DNA of 64,000 nt, taken from IMG/VR virus record IMGVR_UViG_3300029953_000001; one strand, 5' to 3'. The stretch is from a virus. Positions within the stretch are counted from its first letter, which is position 1; each line of letters opens with the position of its first letter. A program made the translations under genes and the position numbers. The notes beneath the pieces were generated by a model, which had not been told where the DNA came from, ran no database searches, and was given only the letters and a program-made list of their open reading frames with translations. Shown one piece after another: positions 1 to 10,461 of this stretch.

Positions 1-2
1 TG

Positions 3-305
3 GGTGAGCGTACTCTCATCCTTCCCGAAGGTGAGGAGATTGCTGTACTCGCACCCAACCACAACATCGCTGACCGCTTTGAGGATGAGTTCAAGCGGCA
101 CTTCCCCACTCTGAAGGTACCGTACGTCACCAGTGCCAACAAGGTACCATCTGCTTTTTGCGGTCTAAGCTTCCGCGAAATTTACATCGAAGAATTCTTC
201 TTGATTGAAAAGAGAGTTCTTCACGACCTGCCTTCTCTCAACACTAAAGTTGTGGTAGGCTTAGGAACTATCGAAACCCCAACCACTATCTCCATCCGGG
301 TGTAG
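3..305 (+). CDS. partial hypothetical protein (5' truncated), possible degenerate ATPase/terminase-like fold
   Basis: Open frame 3 to TAG at 303-305; IAVLAPN and GLSFREIYIEEF loosely resemble SF2/terminase motifs Ia and II. Confidence 0.55.
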   Translation, partial: GERTLILPEGEEIAVLAPNHNIADRFEDEFKRHFPTLKVPYVTSANKVPSAFCGLSFREIYIEEFFLIEKRVLHDLPSLNTKVVVGLGTIETPTTISIRV

Positions 306-335
306 TGCAACTAACTTGATTGAAGGAAGGTACTA

Positions 336-767
336 ATGGCTGACGTAAACGAAACCCCCACCGCACCAGAGGCAACTCTGGCAGAAGTAGAGGCTCCTGC
401 CGCTGTTGTTCCCCCTGCGATTACTCTTCGCACGGAAATTGCTGACCGCCTTGCAACCACGGCCCCTGTAGTTCGTGAAGCTGTCATCGCTGAACTGACC
501 ACCAAGGAAATCACAGCCCGTAAGGACGCTGTGCTGACCCTGCTGACCAAGTTCGATGACAAGTCCAAGGAACTGAAGAAGGCCGAGAACGGCGGAGCCT
601 ACGCTCTCGACATCGACGGCAAGAAGGTTGGAGACCCGACGTTCACCAAGGAGCAGGTCGAAGCCATCAAGAAGCTGCGTGAGGAAATCAGCGGCATCTC
701 GACGGCCCTGTCCAACTTCTTCGACAAGAACGACACCAAGAAGCTGTACGAACTCGCCAAGAAGTAA
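336..767 (+). CDS. hypothetical coiled-coil protein
   Basis: ORF with GGAAGG RBS and typical phage codon bias. Confidence 0.8.
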   Translation: MADVNETPTAPEATLAEVEAPAAVVPPAITLRTEIADRLATTAPVVREAVIAELTTKEITARKDAVLTLLTKFDDKSKELKKAENGGAYALDIDGKKVGDPTFTKEQVEAIKKLREEISGISTALSNFFDKNDTKKLYELAKK

Positions 768-1363
768 TGGTCGAAGAACTACAAGCCGAAGCAGCAGTAC
801 GAGCGGGGAGCCCGGAGGGTGTCCTTCTTCTCATCAAGCTCCTACTCAAGGAAGCTGATGAGATTGACTGGCGGTCTTCCGATACTCCCCGCAAGTATTT
901 CCTGTTGCTGCGTGCCTACGTGCTGGCGAAGCGGCAGAAGCGGCAGATGTCCCACCTGAAGAACGGTGAAGACCTCTACACGGGGTACACTAACTCTGAC
1001 ACTCGGTCTAGTCATTACGAAACCATCCGTGGGTTGAGGGATGAAATCAAGGAACGTCGGGCGGAAGCGCGACAGTATGCGGCTCAGTGGATTCCACCCC
1101 ACAAGCTGAAACCCTTGAAGCAGTACGCGGGAGTCCACATGGGCATCCGTTACAACGAAATTGATGAGCACTACTTGGACGCCTTCGCCCATGGCAGGAT
1201 TAGTATGCCGTCAGAATCAGCGATGGCTTACAGGCAGCAAAGTCTCAGGGAGTCGGCCTTCAGTAGAAAGTATGAGCAGACACACGGCGGTATGCATACC
1301 AGTTCGGGCGGAACCTACCCGTATCAATATCACGAAAAGAAAGACCACCTGTTGGAGCAGTAA
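767..1363 (+). CDS. hypothetical protein
   Basis: TAATG overlap with upstream stop. Confidence 0.75.
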   Translation: MVEELQAEAAVRAGSPEGVLLLIKLLLKEADEIDWRSSDTPRKYFLLLRAYVLAKRQKRQMSHLKNGEDLYTGYTNSDTRSSHYETIRGLRDEIKERRAEARQYAAQWIPPHKLKPLKQYAGVHMGIRYNEIDEHYLDAFAHGRISMPSESAMAYRQQSLRESAFSRKYEQTHGGMHTSSGGTYPYQYHEKKDHLLEQ

Positions 1364-1373
1364 GAGGGCCAGA

Positions 1374-1736
1374 ATGAAGCTTTGGGGTTTGGTAGCATTC
1401 TTCGAGGAAGCACGACGTAAGCGTCAGTTCAACAAAACACTCAACAATGTATCCAAGGCAATCGCCCTGCTCAAAGACGGGGAATACGTCATCGCCACGT
1501 TCGAGGGCAAGGAAGTCAAGTTCGTCCGCAAGGGTGATTGGTTCGACGCCTTTGTTTCCCACAATGACGACGTATGGGAGCCCCTCCCGGTTCTCAAGCC
1601 CAAGCCGGTGGTCGAGCATTACAACATCAATGGCATCCCGGTCTCGGTCGGAATGGACAGCAACGAGTGGGTAGAAGCGATGCTGGATACCTACCCGCAG
1701 AAGGCCAAAAGGACAGAAGACCCATGGCCGTACTGA
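1374..1736 (+). CDS. hypothetical protein
   Basis: GAGG RBS before ATG 1374; codon bias. Confidence 0.7.
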   Translation: MKLWGLVAFFEEARRKRQFNKTLNNVSKAIALLKDGEYVIATFEGKEVKFVRKGDWFDAFVSHNDDVWEPLPVLKPKPVVEHYNINGIPVSVGMDSNEWVEAMLDTYPQKAKRTEDPWPY

Positions 1737-1744
1737 AAATTTGA

Positions 1745-1764
1745 GCTACGGGGTTGATTTATAG
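1745..1764 (+). promoter_or_regulatory. putative late-class promoter RCTW-N9-YTTRTAG
   Basis: GCTA-N9-TTTATAG; same motif at 6617, 16502, 37046, 61678. Confidence 0.5.
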
Positions 1765-1773
1765 AGGACTCCC

Positions 1774-3102
1774 ATGTTTAATTTCACCGCCAAATTTCTA
1801 GTAAAAGCCGACGACCTTGAACGTACCGAACCAGCCACTTCCGGCGAAGTGGGCTCATCTGGCTCCGGCTTCGAGAGTCTCAATGGTTTCACCGTCCAAA
1901 CCCTCGACAGTTTTGTCAAGAGTGGCTCCGTCAAAACAGCGGACAGCTACGACGATGACGACGTAGTGCCGGAGGAAGACCCCAAGAAGGGTAAGCGTCC
2001 CCAGCCTAAAGATAAGAAAAAGAAGAAGGAAGAGCCAGAAGAAGAGAAACCGGACTTCGGTCTAGGTGCGAAGCACCGTCCCCTCAGCGATGAGGAGATG
2101 GGGGATTACGTCAACCGTATCAAGGACAAGACGAAGACGAAGACCGACCCGTACACCATGCCGTACATCCACCAGAAGAACATCAAGATTGTGGATGGTT
2201 CCAACAATGAGTACGACTTGAAGGAACTCAAGGCGTCCATCATGAAGCGGCCCACCACTCTTCTCAAGCAGAACGAGAAGATGCAGCACAGCGACGGCAC
2301 CGCCACCCAGTATTACAACATCGGTCTCCCAGCCCTCAAGGGTCTGGCAGTGAACGAGAAGACCGGTGAGTTCGTGGTGGTCGATACCTGCCCCGGCTCC
2401 GGTGCGTGTAAGACTTACTGCTACGCCATGAAGAGCAGCTACATCATGTTCGAAGCTGTCAGTATGAGCCAGACCCGCATCCTCAACTTCCTCCTGAACG
2501 ACCCCAAGCGGTTCTCAGCCATCCTCAAGGCGGACATCGCTTCAGCCATCATCAAGAATGAAGTCGATGGCAATGACGTGGTTATTCGTTGGCACGATGC
2601 CGGTGACTTCTTCAGCCCTCAGTACACCGAGTTGGCCTTCGACATCGCCCGTGCGTTCCCTGACAACACCTTCTACGCCTACACCAAGATTGCTGACGTG
2701 GCGAAGGCACAGAAGCCGGACAACTTCATCATCAACTTCAGCGAAGGTGCTCTCCCGGCTGAGTCCAAGAAAATCAACATGACGCAAATCAAGCACGGCG
2801 TCGTGGTGCAGAAGGACATGTTCTGGGACTTGATTGCTCGTAAAGGAAACACGCTCATCAAGGAGAACGGCCAGACCGCGTTCAAGGACAAGGAAGCGTG
2901 GAACGAGTTCAAGGACAGAATCGTTGCCAAGTACAAAATCAAGAAGGACACCATCCTGAGCTACAACCAGTACATGCGGATGAAGCAGAGCGGGATGCTG
3001 GGCGACACCCCGCACAAGTGGAACGTGGTTGTTCCTCCGGGCGGCGGCGACAACTCGGCCAACGACCCCTTGGTTCTCGGCTCCTACCTGATGTTCCACT
3101 AA
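1774..3102 (+). CDS. GP88-like protein (radical-SAM-like CxxxxxCxxxC) with acidic/basic N-terminal extension
   Basis: TCPGSGACKTYCYA, IRWHDAGDFFS and FYAYTK motifs characteristic of the phage gp88 family. Confidence 0.75.
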   Translation: MFNFTAKFLVKADDLERTEPATSGEVGSSGSGFESLNGFTVQTLDSFVKSGSVKTADSYDDDDVVPEEDPKKGKRPQPKDKKKKKEEPEEEKPDFGLGAKHRPLSDEEMGDYVNRIKDKTKTKTDPYTMPYIHQKNIKIVDGSNNEYDLKELKASIMKRPTTLLKQNEKMQHSDGTATQYYNIGLPALKGLAVNEKTGEFVVVDTCPGSGACKTYCYAMKSSYIMFEAVSMSQTRILNFLLNDPKRFSAILKADIASAIIKNEVDGNDVVIRWHDAGDFFSPQYTELAFDIARAFPDNTFYAYTKIADVAKAQKPDNFIINFSEGALPAESKKINMTQIKHGVVVQKDMFWDLIARKGNTLIKENGQTAFKDKEAWNEFKDRIVAKYKIKKDTILSYNQYMRMKQSGMLGDTPHKWNVVVPPGGGDNSANDPLVLGSYLMFH

Positions 3103-3108
3103 TTGTCA

Positions 3109-3150
3109 AGGGGGTGGGCATGAAAACCCACCCCTAAGAAAAAGAAAAAA
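3109..3150. terminator. stem-loop, probable terminator (U-tract on - strand)
   Basis: GGGGTGGG/CCCACCCC stem followed by an A-run. Confidence 0.55.
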
Positions 3151-3267
3151 TTTCCTAAAATAGATGTTCAGAAAGCCGGTGTGTCCCGTATACTGTTGGT
3201 ACGGAGGAAACACCCCATGGCTTCTACTGCTACCGCCCCCAAGACCAAGCGTATCCCCAAAAATAAC

Positions 3268-3297
3268 TGTTCAACCCCGTGTAACACCCGGTATACT
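3268..3297 (+). promoter_or_regulatory. class A promoter TGTTCA-N18-TATACT, leaderless ATG at 3304
   Basis: Recurrent motif; a second copy lies at 3165-3194. Confidence 0.7.
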
Positions 3298-3303
3298 ACA
3301 GCC

Positions 3304-3789
3304 ATGGAACTCATCAAACAGCACGGTCAGGAACTAAGCCACCTCGCTGGTGAAGCATCCACCCTCTTCGCTGAATTCGCGGATAGCATCCGCCCGGAGC
3401 CCAAAGTGAAAGTCGCCCCCAAGTATCGCTTCTACGTTGACTCGGATATGGTCGTTGTCGGTCATAACCCTGAGATGGCGGACTTCGATAATCCCCGTGG
3501 CGAACTGATTGAGGTACGCTACTTCATGGTGGCGGAGGATGCCAAGGGGTACCGCTTCTCGTATGGCTTTGAAGAGACGGAACTGGGTGCGGAAGTAGTC
3601 TTCCAGCACTTCGCTCCTGCGGTCTCCGAGTGGGCAGAACGTCGCCCCGCCTACGGCTCTCAGGCTTACACCGAGTCCAACACCGGCATGTACGACCTCC
3701 GCGACGAGATGGAAGCTGACCTCGGCCCGAACTGGATGTCACACCCCCAAGTCTCTTCCGACCTTCGTCTTACACTGGGTGCCCTATGA
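3304..3789 (+). CDS. hypothetical early protein
   Basis: ATG 6 nt after TATACT. Confidence 0.7.
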   Translation: MELIKQHGQELSHLAGEASTLFAEFADSIRPEPKVKVAPKYRFYVDSDMVVVGHNPEMADFDNPRGELIEVRYFMVAEDAKGYRFSYGFEETELGAEVVFQHFAPAVSEWAERRPAYGSQAYTESNTGMYDLRDEMEADLGPNWMSHPQVSSDLRLTLGAL

Positions 3790-3998
3790 AGCTTACTTAC
3801 TGGGTAGCCAACCGCCTCACCGACCGTCGCTGCTACTCCATCCGCAAGCTGACGAAGAAGGCTGTGGTCGAGGAACTCAAGAGCCACGACAAGGAAGACT
3901 ACGGAGAGCCTCACAAGATTACGGTCGAGTACGATTCCGCATTCGACTTGCTGAATCAGTGCTTGCAAGAAGGCAGCATAAATGAAGGGACGGACTGA
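3786..3998 (+). CDS. hypothetical protein
   Basis: ATGA overlap. Confidence 0.7.
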   Translation: MKLTYWVANRLTDRRCYSIRKLTKKAVVEELKSHDKEDYGEPHKITVEYDSAFDLLNQCLQEGSINEGTD

Positions 3999-3999
3999 C

Positions 4000-4332
4000 A
4001 TGGATACCGCAACGGAACGCAAGTACGCCAGCATGGATGATTTGGAGTCCCTACGTTCGGATAACGTGGCGGCGAAGTACCGGGTGTCTACTCTCGAAGA
4101 GTACCACGCCGCTCAGACCAGCCATGAGTCCAACCGGGCCAGTGAGCAGATTGAAGCTGGTCGTGAACCCTCCCTCGTCAGCCTCTTCGGTGTAGAGTTC
4201 GGGATGCACCCCTACGTTGAAATCTACGATGTGATGATTGAGAAGCAGGGCAATCTCATCGGCTTGGACATCCCCGGTGCCCGTGAAGTCGTGTACCTCG
4301 ACCCCAACACCCTTCTGACTTGGAGTGCGTGA
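4000..4332 (+). CDS. hypothetical protein
   Basis: ORF directly after previous stop. Confidence 0.65.
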   Translation: MDTATERKYASMDDLESLRSDNVAAKYRVSTLEEYHAAQTSHESNRASEQIEAGREPSLVSLFGVEFGMHPYVEIYDVMIEKQGNLIGLDIPGAREVVYLDPNTLLTWSA

Positions 4333-4655
4333 TGCTGAAATCAATCGGAACAGCCATCCGCACTTACCTTGAACAGCGTCGTCGTCGCATCATCATAGGA
4401 TACGTCAAGGACTGTGAAGCTGCGGGCCGTAAACAGGCACTGGCATTTCTTACCTTGCAAGCAAGTCTAAGTGGCCTAGAGGCTAACCGACTTCGGTTGA
4501 TTGAACTGAAGGCGGATGCGGCCACCATCGAGCACATCGACGGAGTTATCAAGCGAGTGCGAAGCTGGGTGGATGCGGCATCTCAAAGAATGAAAGAGAG
4601 CGACCAGAGTATGAGTGACCTCCGGTCTATGGTGAAGAACCTGTATGTCCGCTGA
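4332..4655 (+). CDS. hypothetical protein
   Basis: TGATG overlap. Confidence 0.6.
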   Translation: MLKSIGTAIRTYLEQRRRRIIIGYVKDCEAAGRKQALAFLTLQASLSGLEANRLRLIELKADAATIEHIDGVIKRVRSWVDAASQRMKESDQSMSDLRSMVKNLYVR

Positions 4656-4854
4656 AGTTTACATCGAACGCAAGTGCCGGGAGACGGGAACTACAGTCGC
4701 CCTTGCCAGCCCCGGCGTTGAACTCGATGCATCCGAAGGCTGGGTAACCATCTGCCGGACTCACGGCGGCGTCATCACCCACACAACTCGTAAGCTTGCA
4801 GAGCAGTGGGTATCTCATCCGAAGGAATGGTGCCCGACATGCCAAGAGAACTAG
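4645..4854 (+). CDS. small Cys/His protein
   Basis: CRTH and CPTC motifs. Confidence 0.65.
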   Translation: MSAEVYIERKCRETGTTVALASPGVELDASEGWVTICRTHGGVITHTTRKLAEQWVSHPKEWCPTCQEN

Positions 4855-4885
4855 CACAGGCTGCAATTATCAAAGTGAGGCCCCT

Positions 4886-5167
4886 ATGAGTGCAACCCTT
4901 GAATTCCCCTCCATCAGTTTGATGGAGACTATTGTCCGCTGCATCAGCACCAACCCACGCAAAGGTTGGTCGGTGAAGAATTGGGAGTTGGAGACTGGCC
5001 CGGTTGTCCGATTTGACTACATGGGCACCCGCTACCGGGTGGCTCTGGTAACCTTAGGCTCCCGCAGTAGCTACCTCGTGGAAGAGGTTGTTGGCGGTAT
5101 GCTCGTCAGCAGTGACAAGGCTCATACCCTCCGTGATATGATTCGGGTGGAGGCAGGGATGTTATGA
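4886..5167 (+). CDS. hypothetical protein
   Basis: GAGG RBS, ATG 4886. Confidence 0.6.
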   Translation: MSATLEFPSISLMETIVRCISTNPRKGWSVKNWELETGPVVRFDYMGTRYRVALVTLGSRSSYLVEEVVGGMLVSSDKAHTLRDMIRVEAGML

Positions 5168-5772
5168 GCAAGCAGAAGGAAAAAGAACCACCCATCGACT
5201 TGTCCGACCTCCCGGAGAACTGGACTATCCGCGACGTTGAAGACCGTATGCCCAAAGAGATTCGCGAGAGTCGCTGGCCTTATCAGCTTCTCCTCATGGT
5301 CGTGCTGCCCACCAACGAAGTGAACGAGGCTGAGTTCTTCGTGGAGTTTAATTACGATGAGCGTGATGCCTTCACCGCCGCAATGCAGAAGTTCGTGGAC
5401 TCGGGGCGATTGCGAAGCTTCAAGGTGAAGCAGATTGGCATCGCTCGGGCCGACTTCGCTGAAACCATCATTCACTGCTTGGAAAAGGGCGGTGCTGACG
5501 AGATAAGCCTCAGCATTCCCCAAGGAGAACGCATCATGAAAATCATCAAGGCCGGAACTAAACCGAAAGACCGCAAGCACAAGACAACCTGTGGACACTG
5601 CCGCACCACGTTCGAGTTCCTTGAAGGTGAGGCTAAGCTAATCAACGACTTCCGTGATGGGGATTACTTCGACGTGGAGTGCCCGTACTGCCACATGTCG
5701 GTAACGGTGGATGTCACCCTCCCCTTGAATACGAGCGACGACAGGGACGATAGCTTCTGTGGGCGGGACTAA
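5164..5772 (+). CDS. hypothetical protein; C-terminal Zn-ribbon may be a separate gene from an internal ATG near 5536
   Basis: CGHC and CPYC; internal AAGGAG RBS. Confidence 0.65.
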   Translation: MSKQKEKEPPIDLSDLPENWTIRDVEDRMPKEIRESRWPYQLLLMVVLPTNEVNEAEFFVEFNYDERDAFTAAMQKFVDSGRLRSFKVKQIGIARADFAETIIHCLEKGGADEISLSIPQGERIMKIIKAGTKPKDRKHKTTCGHCRTTFEFLEGEAKLINDFRDGDYFDVECPYCHMSVTVDVTLPLNTSDDRDDSFCGRD

Positions 5773-5774
5773 CA

Positions 5775-6320
5775 GTGAAAGCCGCCTTCTCCACTACGAC
5801 TGTCTTAAACAGACGTGAGTTTACGGAGCGGTTTGGCGACCCCGCGAACTTCATCTTCAGGGCTCAGTATTACCACTCTACGACCCCGATGAAGTGCGCC
5901 CTATGTGGACGTGACATCCGCAACGTCTACACCTTGCGTACGCAAGGCCGCTCCGTCCCGTCAGGAGAGTGCTGCTTCTCCCTGTTCGAGGAATGGAACC
6001 CGGAGGTCTACGCTCGTCTGATGGCGTGCAAGTTCCTCCTGAATGCCTACGAGCAAGACACCCAAGCTGACATCAAAACGTACAATGCTGTGGGCGATGT
6101 ACGGTACCGTCGTACAGAGTGGAATCGGCTGCGTCGTAAGGTCCACCAGACCATCCGGGACTATCGGAAGGCTACCGGCAGCGGCTGGCTCCCCCGGCAT
6201 CTCTATGATGTGCTGCAAGAGTCTAACCGTAAACCCGGCAAGTCCATGCGTTGGTTCGAGTCCCATATCCCCACCCTGAAAGAGTTGATACGGAATTCTT
6301 CCGCTGCGAGTATCTGTTAG
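5775..6320 (+). CDS. hypothetical Zn-finger protein
   Basis: CALCG and GECC. Confidence 0.7.
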   Translation: MKAAFSTTTVLNRREFTERFGDPANFIFRAQYYHSTTPMKCALCGRDIRNVYTLRTQGRSVPSGECCFSLFEEWNPEVYARLMACKFLLNAYEQDTQADIKTYNAVGDVRYRRTEWNRLRRKVHQTIRDYRKATGSGWLPRHLYDVLQESNRKPGKSMRWFESHIPTLKELIRNSSAASIC

Positions 6321-6334
6321 TAAGAGGTTATCAC

Positions 6335-6595
6335 ATGGCAGCAAAACCACAACTACACTTACGGGTGAACGGTATCAACATCACCAACGTGAGGATTCGA
6401 CCCAAGATGGTGGCAGGTATGCCACGGGGTGAACGTGAGGTCGTTATTGAAGACCCTCAGCTTGGCCGGTTCCCCATTGATGACACCTTCGTTATTGAGG
6501 TTCGCAGTGACCCCCACAAGAAGTGGGAACTGACTACGGTGTCCGGTTTATTCTCATCCATGGACGTTTTATCCTCTGCTAAGTACCAACGGTAG
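6335..6595 (+). CDS. hypothetical protein
   Basis: GAGG RBS, ATG 6335. Confidence 0.65.
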   Translation: MAAKPQLHLRVNGINITNVRIRPKMVAGMPRGEREVVIEDPQLGRFPIDDTFVIEVRSDPHKKWELTTVSGLFSSMDVLSSAKYQR

Positions 6596-6667
6596 CAAAG
6601 GTGGAAAAATTTTCTAACTAAGTACCCCACTTGTAGGTAATATCCTACATCAAGGGGACAAGGCTAA

Positions 6668-6898
6668 ATGTTTTACGACGACGAAGAAGACGACGACATC
6701 GACATCTACGAAGACGACGAGTACGAAGGCGAAGATGAAGAGGATGACGAAGAGGACGAAGACGAAGAGACCCTCCGGGAACTCGAAGTTGGCGACGACG
6801 GACACGTCGTTGAAGGTCGCCGCAAACGCCGTCGTGCCGGGGGCTACGACGAGTCCTTCGAGGACACGCACCCCGAAGCCTTCGGCTACGAAGACTAA
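6668..6898 (+). CDS. highly acidic small protein
   Basis: GGGGA RBS; long D/E tract followed by RRKRRR. Confidence 0.7.
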   Translation: MFYDDEEDDDIDIYEDDEYEGEDEEDDEEDEDEETLRELEVGDDGHVVEGRRKRRRAGGYDESFEDTHPEAFGYED

Positions 6899-6906
6899 AG
6901 AGTTTC

Positions 6907-7113
6907 ATGACTGAGAAGCGTTACCTGATAGAAACACTCGATGAGTGTAAGAAGCTGTAGGAGACTGTTAGCCAACAGGATCACTTCATGTGGGGCATGA
7001 GCGTTCGCAATCTCCTTCGACAGAAGGGATTCAGTGAAGAGCACTTTGGCATCGACAACTTAGATGACATCTACATCTCACTCGTTGAAGAGGCTCTGAA
7101 GCTGAGAGCATAA
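6907..7113 (+). pseudogene. small gene with in-frame TAG at 6958-6960
   Basis: Coding-like frame continues after TAG (HFMWGMSVRNLLR). Confidence 0.45.
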
Positions 7114-7176
7114 CACAGAACTGTGCTACATATGGTTGTGTGACTACGGGTCTCCTTTAGGTAAGGAGCGTGTGCG

Positions 7177-7503
7177 ATGCAGGACAGACTCATCTTCCCT
7201 ACCCGACTAGAGCAGATTGCCACTGGTGAACTTGTTCATGACAACTTCCCCGCAGCCCGTTGGACGAGTGGGGAGGATGTAAAGTTCGACCTCTTCTCTC
7301 CCACGTATGTCTCCGACCTTGAACTTGATGTGTCTCCCGTGCTCTTCTTTCAGTGGGCTTATACCACCATTGGAGGTAATGGTTCGGGTGTGTTGTTCTA
7401 CTGTGTCAACCTATCCACTCAGCTTTTGCTGGAGCCTCAGGAGTGGATGCTCGATATAGTCACCCGGTCTAATTTCAAGCAACTCACAGATGGTTCCATA
7501 TAA
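7177..7503 (+). CDS. hypothetical protein (frame continues past TAA to 7572)
   Basis: AAGGAG RBS. Confidence 0.6.
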   Translation: MQDRLIFPTRLEQIATGELVHDNFPAARWTSGEDVKFDLFSPTYVSDLELDVSPVLFFQWAYTTIGGNGSGVLFYCVNLSTQLLLEPQEWMLDIVTRSNFKQLTDGSI

Positions 7504-7587
7504 ATCTTGCCAGCCCTCGATGGAAGAGATGTGGTCGATGTGGCTGTTGCCCTTGACCTCTACGAGGAATAGGCAGTATTAGACTGA

Positions 7588-9483
7588 ATGGAAGAGCTTC
7601 TCGAATGTCCGCTGGTGACACCCTACACGAATAGTAAGGGGATTGACCCAGCTACACTGGAGAAGCTCTTCTTACTGCGTAAGTGGGATATTCAACGAGA
7701 CGACGCGGGAGTAATCCACAACCCCATCCCCTTCAAGTGGCCTAGTTTACTTCGTAAGACTATATGGGATGTGGTTAAAAAGTGTGATACTGACGAGCCC
7801 CTTATCTTGAGGGAGTATCAAAAAGTCCAGATTCATCATCTGACTCGGATGCCTAAGTACATAAATGGAGATGGGGTTGGGTTAGGTAAAAGCCTAACTG
7901 TAATCGCGGCTGCTTGCTGGCTCAAGGAACGTAACCCTGATACTAAAGTTGTTATTGTTACAACTAAGAGTACGACGATGCAGTGGGCCGACGAGTTCAT
8001 GCGGTTCAGCCACCTACGCCCCTTCGTGATGAAGGATAGGTATCGGAGGTTGAAATCATCTGATGCCCGATTCGCTCAGATGACGGACTTTCTCCACGGG
8101 TCTAAAAAGGATGTGCTGATTGTAAAATATGACTCCATCAAGGGTACTCGGAAGAAGATTGAGGGACGCTTCGATGATGAGGGCAACCCTGTCAATGGAA
8201 AAGAGAAGACCACAGCGGAGATGAGATTCTACTCTAAGGTTTTCAAGGAAAATAAAGACCGATTGATACTTGTGTTTGACGAATGTCAAAAATTCAAGGG
8301 GGTGGGAACTGCGAATAGAAACCTAGTATTTGGTCTATCCCGCTCTGCCGACAAGGTATGGGGACTCACCGCTACGGTCATGAAAAATTGTTTAAATGAA
8401 TTTTACGCCATCGCCACGGCGTTGGGTATTTGCCCGTTCGGCTACATGCCTGAGTTCGTGGAAGAGTTTTGTATCATGAGACCCCAATATATTGGGGGCG
8501 GACGCAAGAAGATGATACTGGTGGGCTACCAGAACATTACCAAGTTCAAATCGGGTATCCGACCCTTCTTCCTTGGCCGCTCCCAGCGACAGGTGAAGGA
8601 ACCGCTGCCGCAACTAACCACCATGTATCATCCACTTGACTTGAGCGACCAACAAATTGACCTGCTGGACGATATCCAGAGTGGGGTATTCGTGCTGCCA
8701 CCGGCTCTTGTTAAAGTGCAGGGGGATATGTACGAGCGGGAACGTGACCCCGATAACCTGATGACTATGATGAGTGTTCAGCAGCTTGTCGCCAATCACC
8801 CCGGACTGCTCGACCCTGCCAATCTCAAGGAATTCTACACAACGAGGCTGAGCCCCAAGGAAGAGGCACTCCTTGACCTTTTGGATGGGGATTTACTTGG
8901 GGAGAAGGTTATTGTATTTTCAAAATATAAAATGCACATTGACCGGTTGGAGAAGCTCACTAAGGATGGACATTTTACTGACCGTAAGTTCCTTCGCATC
9001 ACTGGCAACGAGAACGAGTCCCAGCGGAACAACAACAAGCGGCTGTTCCAAGGTAGCTCAGACCACGACCTGATAGTTATCAACTCCGCTGGCATTGAAG
9101 GTATCAACCTTCAACAGGCTGCTCACATGGTTTGTATAGACCTGCCATGGTCATTTGGGGACATGGTTCAATTGGTAGGTAGGATGGTGAGAATGGCATC
9201 CCCTCATAGTATGTGTACGCTACACGTACTCGTTGCTAAGGGTACAATAGACGAATATGTGTTAGACACCCTAAAAGGAAAAAAAGGGGTATTCGAAAAG
9301 ATTCTGGGTCAATCGCATACGACAGGACTCCTGTCGAATAGTCTTCTTGTAGATTTAGATTCCGGGATGGAGTCGGAGGACAGCGACTTTGCTTCACTGC
9401 TTAAGGCCCATTGCAAAAAATTGAATATGGGGAAGTACATTAGGGGGGAACTATTCCGACCCTCCAGCGAGGATTTTTTATGA
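7588..9483 (+). CDS. SNF2-family (SF2) helicase/ATPase
   Basis: GDGVGLGKS (I), DECQ (II), LTAT (III), EGINLQQA (V), QLVGRMVR (VI). Confidence 0.92.
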   Translation: MEELLECPLVTPYTNSKGIDPATLEKLFLLRKWDIQRDDAGVIHNPIPFKWPSLLRKTIWDVVKKCDTDEPLILREYQKVQIHHLTRMPKYINGDGVGLGKSLTVIAAACWLKERNPDTKVVIVTTKSTTMQWADEFMRFSHLRPFVMKDRYRRLKSSDARFAQMTDFLHGSKKDVLIVKYDSIKGTRKKIEGRFDDEGNPVNGKEKTTAEMRFYSKVFKENKDRLILVFDECQKFKGVGTANRNLVFGLSRSADKVWGLTATVMKNCLNEFYAIATALGICPFGYMPEFVEEFCIMRPQYIGGGRKKMILVGYQNITKFKSGIRPFFLGRSQRQVKEPLPQLTTMYHPLDLSDQQIDLLDDIQSGVFVLPPALVKVQGDMYERERDPDNLMTMMSVQQLVANHPGLLDPANLKEFYTTRLSPKEEALLDLLDGDLLGEKVIVFSKYKMHIDRLEKLTKDGHFTDRKFLRITGNENESQRNNNKRLFQGSSDHDLIVINSAGIEGINLQQAAHMVCIDLPWSFGDMVQLVGRMVRMASPHSMCTLHVLVAKGTIDEYVLDTLKGKKGVFEKILGQSHTTGLLSNSLLVDLDSGMESEDSDFASLLKAHCKKLNMGKYIRGELFRPSSEDFL

Positions 9484-10040
9484 TACCGTCAACTTCAGCT
9501 ATTCGCAAAGTAAAGCGAAAGCACAATGTAGAGTATGTATTCTTGTGTGAAACCTGTGGGTGTGAAATAACCCGCCGTCAAAGCTATCTAAAAGTTAACA
9601 ACACCCCCGGAAGGTGCCGAGGGTGTGCTAATACAAAGTTTTGGAGTGAGCGGCTACGACCCTATGAGCACACTTATAACCGCATCAAAAAGCAAGGCCA
9701 GCATCCTGTGGAGCTAACCTATGAGGAGTTCCTGACCTTTACACAAAAGGAAGAATGTACATACTGCTCTGCCCCCATACTATGGCTACCTCGAAAACGA
9801 TACAGGGCTAACACCAGTGGACATCACTTAGACCGTAAGGATAATGACAGAGGGTATACACTAGACAACTGTGTGGTATCTTGCTGGGAGTGCAATCGAA
9901 TCAAAGGTAGTTTTTACTCTTACGATGAAATGCTGACTATAGGCCCACTACTTCGCCCTTATAGGCTGTCCCGCCCCAGCTTTATCGAGAGTCCATCAGG
10001 CTTCAGCATCCCCCGAATAAAGAGGGGAAGCAAGGGGTAA
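9480..10040 (+). CDS. HNH homing endonuclease
   Basis: CTYC ... LDRKDNDRGYTLDNCVVSCWECNRIK. Confidence 0.88.
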   Translation: MIPSTSAIRKVKRKHNVEYVFLCETCGCEITRRQSYLKVNNTPGRCRGCANTKFWSERLRPYEHTYNRIKKQGQHPVELTYEEFLTFTQKEECTYCSAPILWLPRKRYRANTSGHHLDRKDNDRGYTLDNCVVSCWECNRIKGSFYSYDEMLTIGPLLRPYRLSRPSFIESPSGFSIPRIKRGSKG

Positions 10041-10461
10041 AAAGCCGGTACTAATAAGAAGGCAACACTCGACACAAGTAAGTGGGGTGGTCGCGAAATC
10101 GAACTACTCTAAGGGAGCTTCATGGTAGACATCTGTTGGACGGTTGTTAGCGAACACCGTAGGAATGACCATCGGCAGTGTAATCGCCACGTGTCTCATA
10201 AGAGAAAAGGGTCGTCGTTTCGAGTGGGCCGTCGTCTCAACGGTTTTCATTCTCACTGGGTACTGGATGGCCGTAGCGGACTTCAAAGGTTGGTGGTAGT
10301 GTGAAGATGGGCCGGACTAAGATTTTTCAGAAGTGTGTAGACGAAGCACGACGCGACCGGAAGGAAGAGGGTAAGCAGTGCCAAGTCAAGAATAACCGCC
10401 ACTCTTCTGCGTGTCCCTGCCTCAAGCTGGCTCAGGAAATTTACGACGGAGCGATGAAGTA

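Noticed and set aside
6958-6960. Stop-codon reassignment (TAG) suggested by an in-frame TAG
   Set aside because: Many genes end at TAG with the next gene starting immediately (e.g. thyX 21982, dCMP deaminase 22847); no suppressor tRNA in the window
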